Of a stretch of DNA of 45,793 bases, positions 36,943 to 44,671 are shown one piece after another. This DNA comes from a virus (lineage: Duplodnaviria > Heunggongvirae > Uroviricota > Caudoviricetes): the IMG/VR virus record IMGVR_UViG_3300032287_000839, positions 1 to 45,793 of that record. One strand, 5' to 3'. Position numbers and translations under genes: made by a program. The notes below the pieces were generated by a model. It was not told the origin of the DNA and searched no databases. It saw only the letters and a list, made by a program, of their open reading frames with translations. Each line of letters begins with the position of its first letter. Position 1 is the stretch's first letter.

Positions 36943-37326
36943 TTAGTGTTTTTTAGACTTACCACCCATTCTCATTTTTGTAGCACCCAATTGCTTATCT
37001 TTTACTAAAGAAGCTTTACCCTTAGCACCAGCTAATGTTTTCTTTTGAACCTTAGTGTATGCACCTTTAGGATCTACAGGACCTACACGCTTGTTACTAG
37101 CTTTTAAACCAGATAAGCTACCACCATCTTTCATTTTGGTTTTAACCTTAGACTTTTGTTTTTTACTTGCTTCCATCATCGTAGGACTATATTTCAAATC
37201 AGCATAGTTACGAGCAGATTTATCAGAAGTAGATCCCATTTTGCGTTCAGCAAGTCTCTCAGCACTTTCTTTAATAACAGACTTGTAACCTGATTGAGCT
37301 TTTTTTGTTTTTTTAATTGTTGCCAT
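36943..37326 (-). CDS. Lys-rich protein
   Basis: MATIKK, KAQSG, KMKDGG, KMRMGG. Confidence 0.8.
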   Translation of the reverse strand: MATIKKTKKAQSGYKSVIKESAERLAERKMGSTSDKSARNYADLKYSPTMMEASKKQKSKVKTKMKDGGSLSGLKASNKRVGPVDPKGAYTKVQKKTLAGAKGKASLVKDKQLGATKMRMGGKSKKH

Positions 37327-37344
37327 TTTAATATATTTATATTG

Positions 37345-37617
37345 TTATAAACTGTTATTGGAAGCTTCTTTCTCTACTTCTTTAACTTGACCAGCTTCAA
37401 CTGCTCTAGCTAAAGCACCTTGTACAGCATCATGAGCATCCACTGCTAATAAAATACGAGCTGCTTCTTGCGTAGAAATTGTAGAACGTAAAGCATTTAA
37501 TACTAATCCAAAATCTGCTCCACTTAATGTGAATGTGTCATTTGTATTCCAAGTGTATTGCTTTTGAGGATCAAATGTTGGTGTTTCGTTTGCTTGAAAG
37601 TCGATAATTTCTGCCAT
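37345..37617 (-). CDS. Hypothetical protein
   Basis: 90 aa; directly after a promoter. Confidence 0.75.
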   Translation of the reverse strand: MAEIIDFQANETPTFDPQKQYTWNTNDTFTLSGADFGLVLNALRSTISTQEAARILLAVDAHDAVQGALARAVEAGQVKEVEKEASNNSL

Positions 37618-37640
37618 GATTTAATTTTTTGGTTTAACAA

Positions 37641-37672
37641 CAAAGGTATGTATTTCTATGGTATCTACCAAA
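37641..37672 (-). promoter_or_regulatory. Bacteroidetes-type promoter upstream of the basic-protein cluster
   Basis: Minus strand TTTG-N20-TACCTTTG. Confidence 0.75.
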
Positions 37673-37678
37673 TTTATT

Positions 37679-37960
37679 TTATAAGGTGATATCAAATACT
37701 ATAGTTGCTGAACTTTTAATACTTTTAGATAGATCCAGGTGGATCTGCAAGAGGTTATGAAACTTCAATAGCTCTTCTAGCAACATATCATTATACCGTG
37801 GTATAGAAGGTGCTAATCTAAAGTGATAAGAATTAGGATTCTTTGTAATTTCTAATGTAGACAATTCATCTACAGAAGATATAATTCCTTCCAGGTGAGC
37901 AAAATAAGCAAGTTCGTTATCTTGCATCACCTCAGGAAAAAACTTTTTATTTATTTGCAT
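37679..37960 (-). CDS. Hypothetical protein
   Basis: 93 aa; TAATG coupling. Confidence 0.75.
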   Translation of the reverse strand: MQINKKFFPEVMQDNELAYFAHLEGIISSVDELSTLEITKNPNSYHFRLAPSIPRYNDMLLEELLKFHNLLQIHLDLSKSIKSSATIVFDITL

Positions 37961-38364
37961 TAAGACAACGTTAATAAGTATTTAGTTTTAGCTGCTTCTC
38001 CAGATAATGCATCTGCTAAGTTAGCTATGTCATGGAAGTTGTTTGTTTCAGCATAGCTTTTTAAGTTACTAGCAAAGTCCATAAGAGCTGTTACCACTGA
38101 GTTAGCATCTGCAGCACTTAATGCTTCTATTTTAAATACACCAGGACGTTTACCTGTATAACCCATAAGTTTCTCTACCACACCATCTTTGAAATCATGT
38201 ACATAATCGTACAATCCTCCAAGAGCTTGATGTTCTGCATAACTCTTTGTCTGCCAATGTAATAGATGTAATTGCTCATGAAAATAAGTAAGCTTTCCAG
38301 CTACTGTTTCTAAGTTTAGTTCTCCTGATTTCATCATTTCTTCAGGGAATAGTGATTTTGCCAT
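37960..38364 (-). CDS. Ferritin/Dps-like four-helix protein (DUF5856-like)
   Basis: QLHLLHWQTKSYAEHQALGGLYD...D...E..MG. Confidence 0.75.
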   Translation of the reverse strand: MAKSLFPEEMMKSGELNLETVAGKLTYFHEQLHLLHWQTKSYAEHQALGGLYDYVHDFKDGVVEKLMGYTGKRPGVFKIEALSAADANSVVTALMDFASNLKSYAETNNFHDIANLADALSGEAAKTKYLLTLS

Positions 38365-38385
38365 TTTATTTTATATTTAGTTGGT

Positions 38386-39648
38386 TTAACAAGGATTATT
38401 TATAACGTTCGTGAATCCAATTTGCCAGTAGGTTTCTCCACCACACTCAATACTTATGTTTGAGCTTCCACCAGGAACTGTTTTATATTCTACAGAGGTG
38501 GGATCGATAAAGTTTTTAGGTGTACCATCCCAAGCTTCAATATTCAATGCAGTAGCTAGACGATCTATTCTACATGCATATCCTACAGTGTTACCTCCTG
38601 CAAACACAAGTCCTATGATTTTCCAAGTTCCATTGAAGTCAGCAATTAATGCAGACCCAGAATCACCACCAGCAATAGGAAAGTTACAATTGGTACTGTA
38701 TCTAGTGAATCCTATTACATCACTGAATGGAACAAAGAAGAAAAGACTAGTCCAGTTTCCTTGATAGTGAAATCCTGATACATTTATATTTGATCCAACT
38801 GAAAATGTTCTTAATCTACAAGGACCAGGGCCTTTAACACCACTAGTTCTACCAGAGCTGTACAATTCAGGATCGGTTGTTAATAAATCATCAATCTCTT
38901 CTGTTGTAGCAAACTCCATTGGATCTTCGTAGTTTAATCCAAATTGTTTATATGATTCTTCAAAGTCTATCACCTCAGGATCTACAGAACATAAAGCAGC
39001 ATCTAAGTAATTGGGTCCAGACCTAAGCATTGGTACATATCTAATAACTCTACCAATTGATAAGTTTGCTGCAGAAGGTTGAATTTCTCCTGACTGGAAT
39101 GTAGGATCACACAACTCAGCTTCTAAACCCCCAGATATATTTTGATCACTTGTATAGAAAGCATTCTTTACCATTACGTGATTGTTACTAACACCAACTA
39201 ATGCTTGAGTAAAACTGTCTACAGCAATAAATCCTAATGTTCCTACATAGCCTTGAATAAGCCCTGATGCAATAGATACTCCTCCTTTTAGAGGTCTAAT
39301 TGTATTTCTATTAGCAGGAGGTGTGTTAGGATCTTGCCAACTATAACAGTTATTTAAAACTGATGTAGGACATGTAGCTGGAGGACATCCAGGACATGAT
39401 AATAGTTTAACTTCACCCACTTCAAATACATCTGTATTATAAACTGTTCCATCGATTTCTACAGTGCTAGGTAGCAATTGGTCTTCTGGAATCTGATCTA
39501 AAGGTAATTTCTGTTTAACATGAAATACAATAGCTTTCTCATCAGTGTGTTCTCCACCAACTATTTTGAATCCATAAGCCACACCAACATCTTCTGGTGT
39601 AGAGTCAAATAATTCTTTTATTTTATCATTTATAGCTTGCGTTAGCAT
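38386..39648 (-). CDS. Trypsin-like (Nal1-like) serine protease
   Basis: GTLG; His in SNNHV; Asp in LDAAL; SGRTSG; Ser in GDSGS; IIGLVFAG. Confidence 0.85.
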   Translation of the reverse strand: MLTQAINDKIKELFDSTPEDVGVAYGFKIVGGEHTDEKAIVFHVKQKLPLDQIPEDQLLPSTVEIDGTVYNTDVFEVGEVKLLSCPGCPPATCPTSVLNNCYSWQDPNTPPANRNTIRPLKGGVSIASGLIQGYVGTLGFIAVDSFTQALVGVSNNHVMVKNAFYTSDQNISGGLEAELCDPTFQSGEIQPSAANLSIGRVIRYVPMLRSGPNYLDAALCSVDPEVIDFEESYKQFGLNYEDPMEFATTEEIDDLLTTDPELYSSGRTSGVKGPGPCRLRTFSVGSNINVSGFHYQGNWTSLFFFVPFSDVIGFTRYSTNCNFPIAGGDSGSALIADFNGTWKIIGLVFAGGNTVGYACRIDRLATALNIEAWDGTPKNFIDPTSVEYKTVPGGSSNISIECGGETYWQIGFTNVINNPC

Positions 39649-39659
39649 ATTTTTATTTT

Positions 39660-40208
39660 TTAATATACATCATATTTTACAAACACTGTGTTAGTTCCTG
39701 GTGCATCTCCAGGTATAATGTCATATTTTACAAAGACAGTATTGACTAAACTATCTGGATTAATTGTAGTTGTTGTACTTGTTGTACTGGTAGTACTTGT
39801 TGTTGTGCTACTAGTAGTAGAGGTTGTTGAGGTGGTTGATGTGGTTGAACTAGTAGTTGTACTAGTTGTGCTAGTAGTTGTACTACTGGAAGTGCTAGTC
39901 GTAGTGGTTGTTGTTACACCTTTATAAACAGCATCTATTTCTATCCACCCTGTTCCACTATTAGCATCTAAAGGTTCTCTTCTTTGAATCACAAGACTAC
40001 TAGGAACCACTCTACCAAACATGTCTAATCTAATAAAGGCCCTAAGGACATTTCCATTAGTGCCTGTTGTGTTAGAACCAAGAACATTAGACACAGCTAC
40101 CCAATTACCGTTTCTTGGTCTAACTGGGCTTATGATAGGACCCCCAGCAACAATTCTGCCCTGGGAGTCATATCTAACATAAGCTGTATTTCCGTTTCTT
40201 CCTAACAT
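39660..40208 (-). CDS. Thr/Ser-stalk protein with two AYVRYD-type domains
   Basis: Run of about 50 consecutive T/S residues; NTVFVKYD twice at the C-terminus. Confidence 0.8.
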   Translation of the reverse strand: MLGRNGNTAYVRYDSQGRIVAGGPIISPVRPRNGNWVAVSNVLGSNTTGTNGNVLRAFIRLDMFGRVVPSSLVIQRREPLDANSGTGWIEIDAVYKGVTTTTTTSTSSSTTTSTTSTTTSSTTSTTSTTSTTSSTTTSTTSTTSTTTTINPDSLVNTVFVKYDIIPGDAPGTNTVFVKYDVY

Positions 40209-40238
40209 TAATTAGATTTACTCTGTTTTATTTATTTA

Positions 40239-40688
40239 TTAGCAAGAGAGTAAAGATAGTACACCACCAGCATTAACTAAAAGTCTAGTCATACCTTGAG
40301 AAATTACATATCCTTCTGTTACAGGAACAGTTAATCCGATATTTGTGAAGATTGCAACTCCTGGTGCTAATGTTGGTGAAGCTGAATAGAACGTGATTTC
40401 CCCTTCTGTAGTGGTACTACATGCATCCTCTGCATTTGCCCAAAAATTTCTAGTAAATGTTCCTGAACCTGAGGTTGTAGTTGTTGATGTTGTGCTAGTT
40501 GATGTGCTTGTAGAACTAGTTGATGTAGTTGTTGTAGTTGGTGGAATGTATTCACAACATTCTGATATTGCAATTTCTTGCCATTTTCCTACTGTAGGTT
40601 TCTTTCTTCTAAAGATAAGACTACCTGCAACTACTCTGTTACTACCATCGTAGCGAACATAAGCTTTTAAGTTTTGATTGCTTCCCAT
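40239..40688 (-). CDS. Thr/Ser-stalk protein, paralogue of 39660..40208
   Basis: KAYVRYDGSNRVVAGS; T/S run. Confidence 0.8.
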   Translation of the reverse strand: MGSNQNLKAYVRYDGSNRVVAGSLIFRRKKPTVGKWQEIAISECCEYIPPTTTTTSTSSTSTSTSTTSTTTTSGSGTFTRNFWANAEDACSTTTEGEITFYSASPTLAPGVAIFTNIGLTVPVTEGYVISQGMTRLLVNAGGVLSLLSC

Positions 40689-40708
40689 AATTTTAATTTT
40701 TAATTAGG

Positions 40709-41758
40709 TTAATAGTTTAGGTTATATTTGTTTTTTAATTCGATCAATTTTGTTACATAGTAGTGTGTACCATGTTTCTTTGCATTCTCATCATTTAAGA
40801 CAACTTGCATGTGTGTATCTCTGAAAGGATCTTTACCTGTATGATAAGCTCCTTTATAGAAAGCTGGATAACTTCCCATATTTTGTTGAGTTATACCAGC
40901 ATTATGAAACAATCCAAGTCTTTCAACCTTCTCTATAGAATCTGATGCCCAAGAGAATTCCATTTCAGGAATGTTTTTAGTTTCAATATCTCTCAACCAA
41001 AGGTTCCATAACACAGCCCACATATCTGCACACCAGCTTTGAAATCCTTTATCTTCACTAGCAAAGAATTGCCCATTTATATGTTGAAGATATTTACGAA
41101 TGATGATACAATCATTCATCACCTTGTGCCAAAACTTAGCATCTACATTCTTTAAGAAGTATTGAGCTCCTCCAGAATGATCGTTGTTAGCTTCAGCTAT
41201 TTCTCTAGAGATACCTATTAAGCTTGTAAGCTCAGCAAGTACGTCTCTAGTTTTGTATTCTTCCAATTTATCAGCTTTTACCTGATGTATTTTACTATCA
41301 AAATATGTAGCATTTATGTAGCTGTTTGTATCAGAAAGATAACATATATCATCGTTGATATACTCATCCACATTAAATTTATCTGTAAATAGAATATCAC
41401 AGTCACAGTAGAACACTGCTTTAGCACTCATCTCAGGATGATCCTGGAAATATCTCATTAATACATATGGACGTAGAACAGGAATATAAGTTCCTAGATG
41501 TTGGCTAACATCTCCACCATCCTTGTAATAAGCAAATTGTGCTTCTGGATATAAATCTTCTATCTTTTGCCATTTGTCACTCTTCTCTCTGAAGCTAGGA
41601 GTGTACACAAGTACAATAGCTTTGTCTGAGTGACCAATTTCTTTTAAACTTTCTAACCATGCATGAACCTGCCAAGTATAGTAAGTATCATCTGGCTGAG
41701 CGGCTACAAATCTTAATTCTTTACTCATATTATATAGTTGTTGGTTTATATCTATCAT
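40709..41758 (-). CDS. GT-A glycosyltransferase resembling HPAT/SERGT protein O-glycosyltransferases
   Basis: YYTWQ; YIPVLRPYVL; DxD motif YCDCD; GGAQY; WCADMWA. Confidence 0.6.
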   Translation of the reverse strand: MIDINQQLYNMSKELRFVAAQPDDTYYTWQVHAWLESLKEIGHSDKAIVLVYTPSFREKSDKWQKIEDLYPEAQFAYYKDGGDVSQHLGTYIPVLRPYVLMRYFQDHPEMSAKAVFYCDCDILFTDKFNVDEYINDDICYLSDTNSYINATYFDSKIHQVKADKLEEYKTRDVLAELTSLIGISREIAEANNDHSGGAQYFLKNVDAKFWHKVMNDCIIIRKYLQHINGQFFASEDKGFQSWCADMWAVLWNLWLRDIETKNIPEMEFSWASDSIEKVERLGLFHNAGITQQNMGSYPAFYKGAYHTGKDPFRDTHMQVVLNDENAKKHGTHYYVTKLIELKNKYNLNY

Positions 41759-42323
41759 CTCTTTTTAAAATAGGAGTGGTGTTAGATCTCCAACTTTTTC
41801 CATATATAATCTGCCTTATAATTGATAAACTAACACCTATAAGTTCAGAAACTTCTTTTGTGGTTTTTCCTGAGTTATATAATTCTTTAAGAATAGTAAC
41901 TTTTTCATCTGTAAGAGTAGCTCTACTATTTCCTTCACCTGCTCTACTAGGTTGTAATCCTAATTTATAAGCATGTAATTGATTTTCTGAATTAGTAACC
42001 CACTCAAGATTTACAACACTATTATCAGTTTTTATACCATTAATGTGATTTATTTGAGTATATCCTTCAGGCTTTATTAAGAAAGCACTAGATACAAGTT
42101 TGTGAACTAATCTAGTATGAGTTCCATTTTTACGAAGCCTAACTTCAGGATATCCCTTTTTATTAAGCATCTGTTTCATTTCTTGTCCTCTAGTCAATCT
42201 AAGCCCACTTCTACCTTGTTTAAGTCTATCTATTCCTCTAATTTTACCAAGACTACTTGCCTGATATCCATCAAAGTCAGGAATATTTCTCCATTCTTCA
42301 CAGATAAATTTTAAATCCTTCAT
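41730..42323 (-). CDS. NUMOD4-HNH homing endonuclease
   Basis: EEWRNIPDFDGYQASSLGKIR (NUMOD4); VHKLV...INHINGIKTDNSVVNLEWVTNSENQLHA; C-terminal HTH. Confidence 0.92.
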   Translation of the reverse strand: MKDLKFICEEWRNIPDFDGYQASSLGKIRGIDRLKQGRSGLRLTRGQEMKQMLNKKGYPEVRLRKNGTHTRLVHKLVSSAFLIKPEGYTQINHINGIKTDNSVVNLEWVTNSENQLHAYKLGLQPSRAGEGNSRATLTDEKVTILKELYNSGKTTKEVSELIGVSLSIIRQIIYGKSWRSNTTPILKRDDRYKPTTI

Positions 42324-42351
42324 ATGTAGTTTTTGTTGGTTTGTTTTACTT

Positions 42352-42720
42352 TTATGGAGCTATAGTAGTAGTGGTGGTTGTTGTAGTATGAGAATCTATA
42401 CAAGGTTGACAATCACTAGGAGTGTCCCATACATATTCAATAGTTCCAACATCTTCAGGACCTGTTGCTGCATCTACAATAAACCAACATTCAGGAGTGG
42501 CATTATTAACAATAGTACCTTCTGCTAATGTACCAGCACCAGTGTATTTAATTACATGGTATTCCATTCTCTCACAACCAGCTACATTATAATAAGTTGC
42601 AGTCTGTGGAGCAATTACAACATTACCTGCCACTTGTGTTAATATTTCTAATTGTTTAGAGATTTGCCAAAGCAAATTAGCTTTTTGACTCCATCCTATT
42701 TGTCTACTTGGTATTGCCAT
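42352..42720 (-). CDS. MAIPSRQIGW-family protein with a poly-Thr tail
   Basis: N-terminal 30 aa shared with 42762..43418. Confidence 0.8.
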   Translation of the reverse strand: MAIPSRQIGWSQKANLLWQISKQLEILTQVAGNVVIAPQTATYYNVAGCERMEYHVIKYTGAGTLAEGTIVNNATPECWFIVDAATGPEDVGTIEYVWDTPSDCQPCIDSHTTTTTTTTIAP

Positions 42721-42761
42721 TTTATTTTTTACTTTAATATTTACTTAACCTTTTATTTATT

Positions 42762-43418
42762 CTAACAAGCTGTCTTGTTTGATAATTCACCAGGATTAAC
42801 AGCTCCAACTGTATAACTAAACCCACCATAAGAAAAATAAGTATTACTTGTAAATGGAGTGGCAAGTGTTGGTGAGGTGTACAATATCGTTCCGTTATCA
42901 AATGCTGTACCACAAGCAACAAAAGCATTAAATACAGAACTACCTGTACAAGCGTCTCCTTGAGATACGTCAGAAACTAGACCACCTCCAATGTAACTAA
43001 CGCTTTGGAAACCGAATATGCCATCAATTCCTGTAGCTCCGTAACTATATTTACCAGTTGTATTAAAATATGTTTGACCCAATTCTACTTCAATTGTTAA
43101 TGATGTATCCGTATATAATTGGGTTCCAATAGTTAATACAGAGTCTGCTGAGTAATAGTTACTAGGACTAACTGGTCCAGTTAGACAATTTGCAGTTTCT
43201 GTACTAGTAGAACCTAATGAGTAAGTATAATAACCAGGAAAAGTTGTTGTTGTACTTGTTGTGGTGCTTGTTGTAGAGCTAGTAGAGCTAGTGGTTGTGG
43301 TGGTTGTATTACCATTAATGTTGTATACAACCCTAGTAAGGTATTCTAATTGTTTAGATATCTGCCACAAAAGATTCTCTTCTGTTCCCCAGCCTATCTG
43401 TCTAGATGGAATTGCCAT
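42762..43418 (-). CDS. MAIPSRQIGW-family protein with a Thr/Ser stalk and beta-rich C-terminal domain
   Basis: MAIPSRQIGW...NLLWQISKQLE; T/S run. Confidence 0.8.
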   Translation of the reverse strand: MAIPSRQIGWGTEENLLWQISKQLEYLTRVVYNINGNTTTTTTSSTSSTTSTTTSTTTTFPGYYTYSLGSTSTETANCLTGPVSPSNYYSADSVLTIGTQLYTDTSLTIEVELGQTYFNTTGKYSYGATGIDGIFGFQSVSYIGGGLVSDVSQGDACTGSSVFNAFVACGTAFDNGTILYTSPTLATPFTSNTYFSYGGFSYTVGAVNPGELSNKTAC

Positions 43419-43420
43419 GA

Positions 43421-44578
43421 TTAATATGTTTTATTTAGTATAAATATATCGCTGTATATGTTGTTTCCTGTAGATGCAGATCCCCATTCAACTGTTATGT
43501 CTAATGTATTAGAAACTGTTGTGTCAAATGTTGTGTTGTTCACTACATTAAATCCAAATCCTTGAACAGAAGCATTGTTAGTTTTTGTGTAATGAAAACT
43601 ACCTAATGATACAATAGATGCTACACCAGCACCTCCAATTTGTCTAATAGTGAAATCAACATTCAAAGACCATATATCATCTGTAACAGCACTTCCAAGG
43701 TTTTGTAAACCACTATCTAGAAGAAGAACAGCTCCTGTCCTCATTCTAATTCTTATAGTTTGATTATTTGTAGCGTTAATAACACCACCAAGAATTGCTC
43801 TAAAAGAATCACCAACACTAAAACCATTAGCAGGAACACTCAATGTACCCACTCCTGATCCAATAATTGTTGTTTCAGCTGTTGTATTTGTAACAATAGT
43901 ACTGTTGGCTGTTTGAGAATATAATCCATACACCACAGGTAAAGGAAGTACAGGAGAAGTTCCTGAAGAGCCACTGGTACCTGCTGTACCTGAAGTTCCA
44001 GCTACACCTTGTATGCCTTGCACTCCCTGAGGACCTTGCAATCCTGATGTTCCTGATGAGCCATTAGCTCCAGATGTACCAGAAGAACCATCTCCTCCAG
44101 CAGCACCTTCTAAGTTAACTGTCCAAGAAGAATATGTTCCACTTCCTATCACTGTAATAGGAGGACCAATAACTAATGCACCTGTACCAGCATTATAACT
44201 TACAACACTACACACTTGATGATTATTTACATCATAAGTGATGATTATATCTTGAGCTGGTGTATAAGCTAAACCAGTTTCAACAGTTAATGTTGTAGAT
44301 GTTCCTAATGTAAATTCTGTAGTTGATGTTGTTCTATATCTATCACCAGCAGCACCAGAACTACCAGATGTTCCAGCTGAACCAGCCACACCTTGAGTAC
44401 CTTGTGTACCTTGTACACCTTGAGGACCAGTTTGTCCCACTGCTCCATTGATACCAGAAGTACCAGAAGTACCTGATGTTCCAATATTGACAAAATCATC
44501 TAGATTTAACCAACCTTCGTACCCATCACATGGATTACAAATTTCTCTCCAGAATCCTGGTTTTATAAAAGTAGGCAT
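43421..44578 (-). CDS. Collagen-like fibre protein (putative virion fibre)
   Basis: Two G-X-Y tracts (GTSGTSGINGAVGQTGPQGVQG...); beta-rich intervening and C-terminal domains. Confidence 0.8.
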   Translation of the reverse strand: MPTFIKPGFWREICNPCDGYEGWLNLDDFVNIGTSGTSGTSGINGAVGQTGPQGVQGTQGTQGVAGSAGTSGSSGAAGDRYRTTSTTEFTLGTSTTLTVETGLAYTPAQDIIITYDVNNHQVCSVVSYNAGTGALVIGPPITVIGSGTYSSWTVNLEGAAGGDGSSGTSGANGSSGTSGLQGPQGVQGIQGVAGTSGTAGTSGSSGTSPVLPLPVVYGLYSQTANSTIVTNTTAETTIIGSGVGTLSVPANGFSVGDSFRAILGGVINATNNQTIRIRMRTGAVLLLDSGLQNLGSAVTDDIWSLNVDFTIRQIGGAGVASIVSLGSFHYTKTNNASVQGFGFNVVNNTTFDTTVSNTLDITVEWGSASTGNNIYSDIFILNKTY

Positions 44579-44594
44579 AGAAAAAATTAATGTT

Positions 44595-44624
44595 CAAAGA
44601 TATGTTGTTTTTTACTATAAGCAA
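44595..44624 (-). promoter_or_regulatory. Bacteroidetes-type promoter
   Basis: Minus strand TTG-N19-TATCTTTG, 16 nt before the ATG at 44578. Confidence 0.7.
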
Positions 44625-44671
44625 TGAGGTTTCCAAAATTGGTATAACCAAATTGATTATAATTAAATTGA

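Noticed and set aside
39765-39915. CRISPR-like or tandem-repeat array
   Set aside because: Degenerate triplet periodicity encoding poly-Thr/Ser; no fixed repeat with unique spacers and no cas genes.
39688-40653. Val-rich plus-strand ORFs (39688..39927, 40393..40653, also 43261..43443)
   Set aside because: Antisense shadows of the Thr-codon runs on the minus strand.
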